From an uncultured Candidatus Saccharibacteria bacterium (GTDB lineage: Bacteria; Patescibacteriota; Minisyncoccia; Phycocordibacterales; CAYRGE01): a stretch of DNA of 64,000 nucleotides. This document shows, piece after piece, positions 10,068-19,704 of this stretch. Every line of letters starts with the position of its first letter. The first letter of the stretch is position 1. Location of the stretch: positions 455 to 64,454 of the forward strand of contig CAZTCT010000001.1 in the NCBI GenBank assembly GCA_964612415.1. Direction: 5' to 3'. Position numbers and translations under genes: made by a program. The notes under the pieces are model-generated. The model did no database searches. It was given only the letters and a program-made list of their open reading frames with translations, and was not told where the DNA came from.

Positions 10068-10865
10068 CTAACCCTTGGGAAGACCGAATATCCTCTCGGC
10101 ATTTCCCAATAAAATCTGGGCCATTTGGTCAAAAGGGGTCTCCCGCACCTGGGCAATCCTTTTAATCACCTCAATGACTCGAGTTGGCTCATTGCGTGAC
10201 CCTCTATAAGGAGGAGGACTTGCGTAGGGAGAATCTGTTTCAGAAAGAATAAGCTCTTTGGGTGCTTCACGTATCACATCATCGTATTCATGAGCAAAAG
10301 TAATGACTCCCGAGAAAGATACTGAAAAACCTAATTCAAAATATGCCTGGGCGGCCTCAAGGGGTGCGGTAAAAAAATGAATATTCCCTTTCAGTTTTTC
10401 CCCGTAGGAACGCTTTTTTGACTTAATGATATCTAGCATATCTTCATGCGCTGCCCGGCAGTGGATCATGAGCGTCTTCCCTGTCCTTACCGCACACTCA
10501 ATGTGTCCTTCAAAGAGGTCTCGCTGTCTTGTTTTTTCAAATCCGGTATCAGCGTTCGTCCTGTAATAATCGAGGCCACACTCTCCTATTGCCACCACTT
10601 TGGGGTGTTGGGCCATTCTGGTAAATGTTTCGAGGTCAAAAGTTTTCACAATAGTATCAGTAGGATGCACTCCAACAGCGGAAAACAAAAAGGGTTGCTG
10701 TTCGGCCAGCATGATGCTCCGCTCCGATGTTTCCTTGTCCGTCCCGACAACAATGCCTCCTACTTGATCTCCCACCATGCGTGCGATGACTTCAGTACGA
10801 TCCTCGTTGTATTCTTCCCCTTGAATATGGCAATGTGCATCAAAATATTTGAATGCGTTGGTCAT
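10068..10865 (-). CDS. tatD: TatD-family metal-dependent DNase/hydrolase.
   Basis: N-terminal FDAHCHI motif. 265 aa with a TIM-barrel hydrolase pattern. 4-nt overlap with metG. Confidence 0.85.
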   Translation of the reverse strand: MTNAFKYFDAHCHIQGEEYNEDRTEVIARMVGDQVGGIVVGTDKETSERSIMLAEQQPFLFSAVGVHPTDTIVKTFDLETFTRMAQHPKVVAIGECGLDYYRTNADTGFEKTRQRDLFEGHIECAVRTGKTLMIHCRAAHEDMLDIIKSKKRSYGEKLKGNIHFFTAPLEAAQAYFELGFSVSFSGVITFAHEYDDVIREAPKELILSETDSPYASPPPYRGSRNEPTRVIEVIKRIAQVRETPFDQMAQILLGNAERIFGLPKG

Positions 10866-12430
10866 AAAGTCTTTTTCTCAATGCGAGGGAAAAGTGGTGC
10901 ATCCAATTTTTTCAGATGAAAAACATCCGGTGTCTCTGGTTTCCCTTTATTGATAGCAAAAAGCCCCCTTATCTTCTCGGCTGTTTCTGGAATAAAAGGG
11001 TCTGCCATGTAGCTGATATATGATATTCCCACACAAAGATTCCATAGAATGTTTTCTACCTTCTCTGGAGATTCTTTGAAAAGTTTATACGGCTCGTAAT
11101 CAGATATATACCCATCAAGCTCTTGAACTAGTTTCCATGTCACATTCGCCGCATGATGAATTTCAAACTTCTCCATAAACGCTCGGTATTCTGGAAGATA
11201 GGTATGCTCAATAAGGTAAAGCATGCTTGGTTCCTCGACTTTTTTAGAATCAGAAAACGTCTCCAGGGTTTTGCGTGGAGGAATATCTTGGATTAGTTTC
11301 CGCGTCACTGTCCCGCCAAAATACTTGTCGGCCATTGCAAGGGTACGTGAAACAAGATTCCCAATACCATTTGCAAGATTCGCATTATAGCTTTCAATAA
11401 AGCGCTCTTCTGAGAAATCCCCGTCTTCAAACGGCGAGATCTCCCGAGAGAAAAAATACCGCACTGCCTCTGCTCCATACTCCCTTACAAGATCGACGGG
11501 ATCAATCCCGTTGCCAAGACTTTTTGACATCTTTTTCCCATCGCGAGTTATAAATCCGTGGACAAGTATGTTTTTGGGAAGAGGGAGCCCGGCAGATAGG
11601 AGCATACCAATCCAGATAATGGCATGAAAGCGCAAGATGTCCTTACCAACCACATGCGCGTCTGCTGGCCAAAACGTTTTGAACTTCACATCATCCTCGG
11701 TGCCATAGCCTAGCGCCGAGATATAGTTTGCCAAAGCGTCACACCATACGTACATCATTTGCGTTGAGTCTCCAGGTACTGGTACGCCCCACGCAACGGC
11801 ATCCTCCAGACGAGAGAAGCTCACATCCTCTGCTTCGTCGTTAAGTAAAGAAAGCATTTCATTTTTACGTGCCTCAGGCACAATATTGACTTTGCCTGAT
11901 TGAATGATTTCCTTTACTTGATCTTTGTAGCGCGAAAGCTTAAAAAAATAGTTTTCCTCTTCAATGCTTTCAGGGACTTTGTTGTGAATAGAGCATTTCC
12001 CGTCTACAAGTTCTTTTTCCTGGAGAAATTGCTCGCACCCGACACAATAGAGGCCTTTATAGACTCCTTTGTAGATATCTCCCGATTGCTCTAACACCTT
12101 CCATAATGCTTGTGCGCTTGGCCAATGCTTATTCGCATCAGATGTGCGGACAAAGCCATCGTTTGAAACGAGGAGGTTCTTGTCGAGATCTTTAAATAAT
12201 TGTGCGATCTCATCAACAAAAACTTGAGGGCTGACCCCTTTCTCTTGCGCAGCCCTCAATATTTTTGTTCCATGCTCATCTGTCCCTGTAAGAAAAAAGG
12301 TGTCTTTGCCTTGATTGCGTTGGTATCTTGCGATCACATCCGCAAGAATAAACTCATAGGCATGCCCCATGTGCGGAGGGGCATTGGTATAAGCAATAGC
12401 GGTTGTAATATAAAACGTATTCCTGCTCAT
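10862..12430 (-). CDS. metG: Methionyl-tRNA synthetase.
   Basis: HIGH motif (PHMGHAYEF), KMSKS motif (KMSKSLGNG), and a CxxC zinc knuckle (CVGCEQF). Confidence 0.95.
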   Translation of the reverse strand: MSRNTFYITTAIAYTNAPPHMGHAYEFILADVIARYQRNQGKDTFFLTGTDEHGTKILRAAQEKGVSPQVFVDEIAQLFKDLDKNLLVSNDGFVRTSDANKHWPSAQALWKVLEQSGDIYKGVYKGLYCVGCEQFLQEKELVDGKCSIHNKVPESIEEENYFFKLSRYKDQVKEIIQSGKVNIVPEARKNEMLSLLNDEAEDVSFSRLEDAVAWGVPVPGDSTQMMYVWCDALANYISALGYGTEDDVKFKTFWPADAHVVGKDILRFHAIIWIGMLLSAGLPLPKNILVHGFITRDGKKMSKSLGNGIDPVDLVREYGAEAVRYFFSREISPFEDGDFSEERFIESYNANLANGIGNLVSRTLAMADKYFGGTVTRKLIQDIPPRKTLETFSDSKKVEEPSMLYLIEHTYLPEYRAFMEKFEIHHAANVTWKLVQELDGYISDYEPYKLFKESPEKVENILWNLCVGISYISYMADPFIPETAEKIRGLFAINKGKPETPDVFHLKKLDAPLFPRIEKKTL

Positions 12431-12444
12431 GCGGTAATAGACAG

Positions 12445-13548
12445 TTAGGCGGCCTCTTCTCTGTTCTGAAGATCTTTGGTGAATTCAATGACACCAGCAG
12501 CAACAGGAACCGCGAGCAAAATGCCCAAAAATCCTGCAACTTCCCATCCAATGATAAGTGAAAGAATCACAACTATCGGAGGCACCCCAACAACTTTTCG
12601 CACGACAAGTGGGTAGATGAGATGATTTTCAAATTGTTGGATCAATACATAAAAGAGGGTGACTGCGATCGCACTACTTAGTCCTGAGGTGTCAAAAAAT
12701 GCCGTGCCCTGTACAAAAGCAAGGACAACCGCAGGAATGGCAGAGAGCACTGGTCCGAATATTGGGATAAGCTCCATAATACCCGCCAAAAGTCCCAAGA
12801 GAAGCGCGTACGGCACCCCGAGAATAGTAAGCCCAAGATATACAAGCACGCCAATGAGTACGACAAGAAGGAGCTGTCCCTGAGCCCATTGCCCGATTTT
12901 CTCTTGTGTTCTCTGCCAAAGAGTAATTACATAACTTCGATATTTAACTGGCGTCACAAGACGAAGGAAGTTATTGATACCGTTCTCTTGCACGGCAAGA
13001 TAAAACGAGAGAACGACAATGAGCACGAAACTAAAGACACCACCGAAGATTGCAAGGACTGGTCCAACAATCCCAGAGAATCCACTCTGAAAAATATTTG
13101 AAAAGTTTTGTATGCCTGCGATGGTATCTTGCAAAGAAAACGCATCTGTAATTGATGTGGCAATTGGATTACTGCTGTTTGCAAAAGCTTGCGTCCCCTC
13201 TTGAAGTGGGTTCCACACGCTCAATGTATCTAAATACGCGGGCAGAGAGCCTAGAAACGCATTTATTTCGCCAAGAAGCGGCGGGATGAAAAGAGAGACC
13301 GTCCCAACCAGAAGCCCGATAAAAACAAGATAAACAATGAGCACTGCGGGTATTCGGGGAACTTTGTACCGTCTAAACCATTTTGCAGCCGGCTCAATAG
13401 CGGCAGCAAGAACAACAGAAGTAAGCACTATCAAAAGAAGTTCCCTTAAATGAAAGAGTAGGTACCCAAACAGAAGTACGAAAAGGGTTTTTACAATTGT
13501 CCCTGTTGTAATGTGTACACTAATATTCCTTTCTTCTCCTTGTCCCAT
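12445..13548 (-). CDS. AI-2E family transporter (PerM/UPF0118).
   Basis: 367 aa polytopic membrane protein with the characteristic C-terminal IPIFGPVLSAIPAVVLA segment. Confidence 0.75.
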   Translation of the reverse strand: MGQGEERNISVHITTGTIVKTLFVLLFGYLLFHLRELLLIVLTSVVLAAAIEPAAKWFRRYKVPRIPAVLIVYLVFIGLLVGTVSLFIPPLLGEINAFLGSLPAYLDTLSVWNPLQEGTQAFANSSNPIATSITDAFSLQDTIAGIQNFSNIFQSGFSGIVGPVLAIFGGVFSFVLIVVLSFYLAVQENGINNFLRLVTPVKYRSYVITLWQRTQEKIGQWAQGQLLLVVLIGVLVYLGLTILGVPYALLLGLLAGIMELIPIFGPVLSAIPAVVLAFVQGTAFFDTSGLSSAIAVTLFYVLIQQFENHLIYPLVVRKVVGVPPIVVILSLIIGWEVAGFLGILLAVPVAAGVIEFTKDLQNREEAA

Positions 13549-13592
13549 TGCTTTTATTTTAGCTTAGAGCAAAAAGAACGACAAGGATGTTG

Positions 13593-15524
13593 CTACGGCA
13601 TAACACGTTCGGTATTGGGAAGAGCCTGCGGGTCTCCGGTAAGACGGGTGGTGACAGCTCTAATGGCCTTTGATATTTGTGCCTTAGTGAAGAGGTCCTC
13701 GCCTATGAAGATAATATCTGAAGTTAGTTCAGGAACTGAGTCTATTTGACTGATACTTGGTGTAAAAGCAACTTGAAATGCAGCCTGCCTTGCTGGGCGC
13801 ACAAAACCTGTACCCGCTTTCACATCTCCCAAATCCCAAACCACTTGTCCTCCTACTGGATTAAATGAGATATTTTCGGTAAACCCTGACCCTGAGGTAC
13901 CGAGCCATTCTGCGTACACGGGGAGGGTTGCGGTAACCTTGCCATTCCGGACATCACTTGAGGAATTCGTTACAGTCCAAAGAACTGTGTATGTTGTTCT
14001 TTGTTCTGCGCGTGGAGGAATCGGGCCATTATTTAAAAATGGACCTGTGTAGTAAAGCGTTTGCCCAGCAAGAGATACTGTTGTCTGCAATTCAATCTTT
14101 CTTGTCCCTAATGTAACGGTAATGGGTTTCGGTGTACCGTCTGGGTCTACTGACCTGCCGGTAGCAACAACAGATAGATCAATGCTCGGATTTTGTGGCG
14201 GGACCCCGTCCGCTGACTGTTTCGATTCAAGGGTAAAACTCACAAGGCCTGACGCACCTGGCTCAATGGACCCAAGACTCTCTAGTGTCTGCTGGTTCCA
14301 CACAACGGTATTATCAACAGACCTATAGAACCCAGTCTTCCCAACAGTAACAGAAAAACGGTCCAATGAATCCCCTTCAAGCTTGAGTGAAATTTCAGCG
14401 TTCTGTATTTTTACTGGGAGTGTATTCTTCCACGCAACGTCAACCCGCACCCTCTCCCCACTTGTTGAAATATATTCATTTTTTTCAACACCATTAAAAA
14501 GAAGGTTGAGGGCGAGAGATGCGTTACGCAACGCAGTGCTTTCTGATACGGCAACATACACAGCGCCAGGACGATCCCCCGCATCACCCCTTCTCCCCAC
14601 AGAAGTAGTAATAAGCTTATCCTCCCCATCTTTTCCATTAAACACCCCTTTTATAAGAAATGAGCGTTCTGCCCCCGGCTGCAGATCCCCAATAACCCAA
14701 ATATCATTATTGGATGTCGGGGCTGGAGTCGCACTCCCAAATTGAAATCCAGAAGGATAGTCAACAGCAAGCACAAGGTCTTTGAGTACTTTGGACGAAT
14801 TCGAGCGAACAACAACTGAAACTTGTTCTTCCTGCCCAATAACAATCTCTTGATGTAAAGAAAGGTTTACATCAAGTGGTGACGATGAGATATCTACACT
14901 ATATGTTTCCTCTCGCGAAAGAGTCGCGCTTGACCCCTGGAATCTAAACTCCAAAACAAATTTGATTTCTTTTTTCTCTTCTTTTTCGCCAAAGAGAACA
15001 AATTGTGCTTCGTCATTTACTGTTTCAAATGATCTGACATCTCCAACTTCTTTTTGGGATCTTATAAGTGCCTTTGTCGCATCAGCTGTTTCGTAAGCCC
15101 CTGTCGGATATTCTATATACAATTGTGCATTCTCAATCGGTGTTTCATTATTATTTGCAATGCTGACCTGAAGATTAAGTGGGTCTCCCGCAGCAACCGC
15201 AATCGGCCCGCTAATATTTATTTGCACGTTATTTGCTGAAAAAGTACTCCCTGAAAGAATCCTCCAAACAGCAAAGCCTCCCGCAAGCACAAAGAAGACG
15301 ATTGCCCCAATGAGCATCTTCGCAAGAAGAGAATTCTTTTTGGGTGGAGTAATCGTTGCCCGGGGAGGCTTAGGCTCTTCCCTATTCCACTCCTGGGGAA
15401 CATCATACTGTTTCCCAGGGATAGGCTCTACTATCTTTGTGTCGCTGAAATCTTTTGCGTAGAGTGATTTTTTGATCTCTTCTATTCGATCTTGCTTGCT
15501 CTTTTTTGTATTGGAAGGTTCCAT
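13593..15524 (-). CDS. Large membrane-anchored extracellular protein, probably made of repeated beta-sandwich domains.
   Basis: 643 aa. A ~60-aa cytoplasmic N-terminus, one TM helix (LLAKMLIGAIVFFVLAGGFAVW), then a Ser/Thr/Val/Gly-rich ectodomain. No enzymatic motif. Confidence 0.6.
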   Translation of the reverse strand: MEPSNTKKSKQDRIEEIKKSLYAKDFSDTKIVEPIPGKQYDVPQEWNREEPKPPRATITPPKKNSLLAKMLIGAIVFFVLAGGFAVWRILSGSTFSANNVQINISGPIAVAAGDPLNLQVSIANNNETPIENAQLYIEYPTGAYETADATKALIRSQKEVGDVRSFETVNDEAQFVLFGEKEEKKEIKFVLEFRFQGSSATLSREETYSVDISSSPLDVNLSLHQEIVIGQEEQVSVVVRSNSSKVLKDLVLAVDYPSGFQFGSATPAPTSNNDIWVIGDLQPGAERSFLIKGVFNGKDGEDKLITTSVGRRGDAGDRPGAVYVAVSESTALRNASLALNLLFNGVEKNEYISTSGERVRVDVAWKNTLPVKIQNAEISLKLEGDSLDRFSVTVGKTGFYRSVDNTVVWNQQTLESLGSIEPGASGLVSFTLESKQSADGVPPQNPSIDLSVVATGRSVDPDGTPKPITVTLGTRKIELQTTVSLAGQTLYYTGPFLNNGPIPPRAEQRTTYTVLWTVTNSSSDVRNGKVTATLPVYAEWLGTSGSGFTENISFNPVGGQVVWDLGDVKAGTGFVRPARQAAFQVAFTPSISQIDSVPELTSDIIFIGEDLFTKAQISKAIRAVTTRLTGDPQALPNTERVMP

Positions 15525-15571
15525 AATGAGGCACGCTTTTTATAAAAATATCATACCACAAAGTCAGCTGA

Positions 15572-16162
15572 TTACATTTGGGCGGCAGAGAGCGCGCTAT
15601 TAATTTCAGCAACAACCTCCTTCTCTTTTGGGCCAATTGAACGGATGGTTTCCTGGTCCCAAACAGGTGACATAAGCACGTCGGCAAATATATCTCTGTC
15701 CCTTATATAACCAAGTTCTTTGAACAGCCTAAGATTCCATAGCTCTTCTATATACACTGCATCTCTTCCCTCGAGAATATATTCTGCTAAAAAATTAAGG
15801 GCTTGTTGCAATTCATAGAAAATTCCTGCGTGCACGCCTTCACCAACGACAAACTGATTGATGAGCTTGACCATACGCGCGTACAATGCCCTCTTTTGCG
15901 GATTTTTTAAAATCCCTTGATATTGCTCTCCGTTTGCAGCCCCGACAATTCTCCACATCTCTTTTCCACGAACGAGCTCCACGCGCGGCTGCCTATACGT
16001 TTGCAGCGCATATCGGAGCTTTGAAGACTCCTTGCGAACGCCTGAAGCAGTCGCGGCTACCGCCCCAAATTTGTCTGTAAAGAGAAAGAAGACCCGGCTT
16101 GCATCTCCATACTCTTTGCTCCCCAAGACAAAAGCTTCGGTTTGATACTTATGATAGGCCAT
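15572..16162 (-). CDS. recO: DNA repair protein RecO, short form with no zinc-finger cysteines.
   Basis: N-terminal OB-fold region AFVLGSKEYGDASRVFFLFTDKFGAVAATASGVRKESSKLRYALQ matches RecO_N. Start taken at MAYHKYQTEAF to avoid overlap with ileS. Confidence 0.6.
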   Translation of the reverse strand: MAYHKYQTEAFVLGSKEYGDASRVFFLFTDKFGAVAATASGVRKESSKLRYALQTYRQPRVELVRGKEMWRIVGAANGEQYQGILKNPQKRALYARMVKLINQFVVGEGVHAGIFYELQQALNFLAEYILEGRDAVYIEELWNLRLFKELGYIRDRDIFADVLMSPVWDQETIRSIGPKEKEVVAEINSALSAAQM

Positions 16163-16163
16163 C

Positions 16164-19100
16164 TCATCGCTCTTTAAACGCAACCTTAAACTCACTCCCG
16201 TCTACTTTAACAAGTACCCCGCCTTCAATCTTTCCAAAATCAATACCTGAAAGTGCGGCCACTCTTTGAAATTCGCTCTTATATTTTTCAAATATCTCTT
16301 TTTCGCCTACACCACCGTCAACTAAAAGCCCCACTTTTGCTGAAGGTGTAAGGCCCGCGTCTTTTCTTGCATCCTGTATCTGACGGAGGATATCTCTAAA
16401 TTTCCCTTCCTCTTTTAATTCGGGAGTAATGTGTATATCGAGCGCAGGTTGCGCTACTCCCTCAGCGAATAAAATTTCTTTAACATTCACCTCTTCTCGG
16501 ATAATGGTAAGTAATTGCTCATCTTTAGGAATACTGCCTTTCCCAACCATAAGACTGGCAAGAGGCTGCCGGACCTTTAGCCCAGCTTTCGCACGCGCTT
16601 CAAGCGCCTGTGAGACGATTGCTCGGACTGCGGCCATTTTTTTCACAAGAGCTTGATCTCCTCTCATGCCCTTCGGCCAGGCAGCAAGATGTACGCTTTT
16701 TTGATCTCCTTTCTTGTGTACACTTTGGTACACTTCCTCGGCAATAAATGGCATGAATGGAGCAATAGTCTTTGAAAGTTCAAGAAGTATGTACCTCAAA
16801 GTGGCTTGTACGGCCTTTCTGTCGCTCGTATCAAGCCCTTTGAAGCGCTCGCGAGACCGCCGCACATACCATGTTGAAAGGTCATCAACAAAAAGACCGA
16901 TCGGACGTGCCGCAGCGTCGATCTCGTATGCCTCAAGGCCTTTTTCAACTTCCCTGTGTGTTTGAGCGAGTCGTGAAAGAACCCAGCGGTCAAGGATATG
17001 CTTGCTCTTATTGTGTGGCGCCGTAGTGTCTTTATAGAGCTCATAAAATGAGAGGACATTTGAGAGGCGCAGGATTATTTTTTTATATACATCATCGAGG
17101 CCTGTCTCGGAAAAGCGCAAATCCTCTCCCCTCACAACAGGAGAAGAGACGAGATAATATCGGAGGGCATCTGCACCATATTTATTTATCATCGCTCCCG
17201 GCTCAGGGTAATTCTTCAGCTTCTTACTCATCTTGCGTCCGTCTTCTGCAAGCACAAGACCATTTACCACCACATTTTTGTAGGGAGCCTTCCCAAAAAG
17301 TCCTGTGGCAATTACAAGAAGAGTAAAGAACCACCCTCGTGTCTGATCAAGCCCCTCTGCAATAAACTCAGCAGGAAAATTTTTCTTAAAATCCGCTTTT
17401 CCCTTATATGGATAAGCAAACTGCGCAAATGGCATAGAGCCTGACTCAAACCAGCAATCAAAGACATCTGGGATACGCTTCATGTCTCCTCCGCACTTAC
17501 AACCAAGTTCTATCTCATCAATATATGGCCTGTGAAAATCCACCATATAGTCATCATCGTGTGGAATGGGCGCAAACTTAAGCGATAGAGCTTGTGCAAG
17601 CTCGGGGTATTCGTCATGAGTCTTTTTGAAGGCGGCCATTTCTGCAATGGTTTCTCCATTGCTACCTCTCATCATCATCCACCCAGAGTATTCATGGGTG
17701 ACAAAAAGAAGCGTCTCTCCTTTATGGGTACGTTCCATTTCGTACACAAAATCAAGCGCTCTTTTGCGTACATCAATGAGATGCTCTCCATCAGGAGGTC
17801 GCTTAGTAAACTTCTCCTGCAAATTCGCAAAGAAGTTATGATACTCCTCAACGCTCATTTCATTGAATTTCCCTGTGTTGATCTCGCGCAGACGTGCATC
17901 ATATATGATTGCCTCTTTGGGAATTCCTATCGTCTCCGCCACAAGTTCTGCTGTTTCCTTTGCGCGGGTGATATCAGACGCGTAGATTTTGGTAATGCCT
18001 GCTTTGGCGAGTTTCTTTGCGGTCTTCACTACATCCCTCTTCCCTTTTTCTGTCAGATGATGCGCGTTACGGTTGTAACTGACGATACGTTTTACATTAG
18101 TTTCTGACTGTCCGTGCCGCATCACAAAATATGTGTTGCCTGAGACTTTCGCACTCTTTCTTAATTCTGACAATGAGCTCACGACTTTGCGCTCATTACA
18201 AGTAGAGCACTCCCATACAGGAAACGGTGCTCCCCAAAATCTTGTGCGTGAGATAGACCAATCTCGTGCGCCAGAGAGCCAATTTTTGAAACGCCCGTCT
18301 TTTATATGTTTAGGAACCCAAGAGATCTTTTTATTTTCAGAGAGAAGTTTCTTTTTGAGCTCGGTCACCTTCACAAACCACGACGTGGTCGCATAGTTGA
18401 GCAGCGGCGTATCGCATCTCCAACAATGCGGATATGAGTGAACAATCTTCTCCTTTGAGAAAAGAGTTCCTTTGCCTGCCAAATATTTAATGACCTCAAT
18501 ATCTGTTTCTTGAGGATTTTCTTTTGGTTTTGCCAGCCGTCCTGGAAAATCTTTCACTTCTGACGTGAAATGCCCATCAAAAGATACATGTTGCACAAAA
18601 GGTAATGAGTGTTTCTTGCCCAACTCCATGTCATCTTCTCCAAACGCAGGTGCAATATGAACGACACCAGTACCACTTTCGGTCGTAACGAAATCACCAG
18701 AATATATCTTCCAGCCATTCTCTCTGTTCTCTATATTTGAATTGATGAAATAATCAAAAACTGGCTTGTAAGATTTTCCAACGAGTTCGCTGCTTTTGTA
18801 TTCCTTTTGGATAGTAAATCCTTCCTTGAAAACATGCTCTGCGCGGTCTTTAGCAACGATGTAAGTAGCTTCATCATTGGGAATGCGCGCCTTGATATAA
18901 GTGATGTGCTCACCCACTGCAAGCGCGACATTGCCTGGCAACGTCCATGGCGTAGTCGTCCATGCCAGCACATACGTACCCGGTTCATCTACGAGTTCAA
19001 ATTTTGCCGTTACAGAAATATCAGTGATGTCCTTATACCCATCGGCAACTTCCGTCGCGGAAAGCGTCGTCTCGTCTCGTGGACAGATGAGCATTGATTT

Positions 19101-19649
19101 ATACCCTTTGTAGATAAGCCCCTTTTTATACAACTCGGAGAATGCCCACCAGATAGACTCTGTGTATTCGGCATCCATGGTTTGATAATTATTTTCCATA
19201 TCAACCCACCGCCCCACGCGAGGGATAAATGCTTTCCATTCTTTGTCATAACGGAACACACTGTCTTTGGCAGCTTTATTAAATTTCTCAATCCCATAAT
19301 TCTCAATATCCTTTTTCCCTTTGAAGCCAAGCTCATTTTCTATGAGATTCTCAACTGGCATACCATGACAATCCCACCCCCAGACACGACGTACATACCT
19401 CCCTTTCATGGTCTGATAGCGAGGAATGATATCTTTCACCGTCCCCGGAACTGTGTGCCCATAGTGAGGCAAACCAGTGGCAAATGGAGGACCATCGTAG
19501 AAGACATACGGCTTTTTGCCGCGTGTTTTTGCAAGCGTCTTCTCAAAGATTTTGTTCTCTTCCCAAAAACGGAGGGTCTCTTCCTCCTTACGAGCTGTTT
19601 CAGAAATTTTCCTTCCTTCTTGATTTTTCTCATCAGCAGGGTTGCTCAT
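16164..19649 (-). CDS. ileS: Isoleucyl-tRNA synthetase (type 2) carrying an embedded histidine-phosphatase-like domain.
   Basis: HIGH motif (PHYGHTVPG), editing-domain TTTPWTLPGN, WVPKHIKDGRFKNWL, CWFESGSMPFAQ and KMSKKL. Start chosen at MSNPADEKNQ (19649) to avoid overlap with argS. Residues ~545-750 (nt ~17552..18167) carry RHGQSETN...LTEKGKRD...ASDITRAKETAE...THEYSG. Confidence 0.92.
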   Translation of the reverse strand: MSNPADEKNQEGRKISETARKEEETLRFWEENKIFEKTLAKTRGKKPYVFYDGPPFATGLPHYGHTVPGTVKDIIPRYQTMKGRYVRRVWGWDCHGMPVENLIENELGFKGKKDIENYGIEKFNKAAKDSVFRYDKEWKAFIPRVGRWVDMENNYQTMDAEYTESIWWAFSELYKKGLIYKGYKSMLICPRDETTLSATEVADGYKDITDISVTAKFELVDEPGTYVLAWTTTPWTLPGNVALAVGEHITYIKARIPNDEATYIVAKDRAEHVFKEGFTIQKEYKSSELVGKSYKPVFDYFINSNIENRENGWKIYSGDFVTTESGTGVVHIAPAFGEDDMELGKKHSLPFVQHVSFDGHFTSEVKDFPGRLAKPKENPQETDIEVIKYLAGKGTLFSKEKIVHSYPHCWRCDTPLLNYATTSWFVKVTELKKKLLSENKKISWVPKHIKDGRFKNWLSGARDWSISRTRFWGAPFPVWECSTCNERKVVSSLSELRKSAKVSGNTYFVMRHGQSETNVKRIVSYNRNAHHLTEKGKRDVVKTAKKLAKAGITKIYASDITRAKETAELVAETIGIPKEAIIYDARLREINTGKFNEMSVEEYHNFFANLQEKFTKRPPDGEHLIDVRKRALDFVYEMERTHKGETLLFVTHEYSGWMMMRGSNGETIAEMAAFKKTHDEYPELAQALSLKFAPIPHDDDYMVDFHRPYIDEIELGCKCGGDMKRIPDVFDCWFESGSMPFAQFAYPYKGKADFKKNFPAEFIAEGLDQTRGWFFTLLVIATGLFGKAPYKNVVVNGLVLAEDGRKMSKKLKNYPEPGAMINKYGADALRYYLVSSPVVRGEDLRFSETGLDDVYKKIILRLSNVLSFYELYKDTTAPHNKSKHILDRWVLSRLAQTHREVEKGLEAYEIDAAARPIGLFVDDLSTWYVRRSRERFKGLDTSDRKAVQATLRYILLELSKTIAPFMPFIAEEVYQSVHKKGDQKSVHLAAWPKGMRGDQALVKKMAAVRAIVSQALEARAKAGLKVRQPLASLMVGKGSIPKDEQLLTIIREEVNVKEILFAEGVAQPALDIHITPELKEEGKFRDILRQIQDARKDAGLTPSAKVGLLVDGGVGEKEIFEKYKSEFQRVAALSGIDFGKIEGGVLVKVDGSEFKVAFKER

Positions 19650-19704
19650 AAACAAGTGTTGAATGTATCTATAGTATCTATTTTCTTTTTGTGCGCAAAG
19701 GAGA

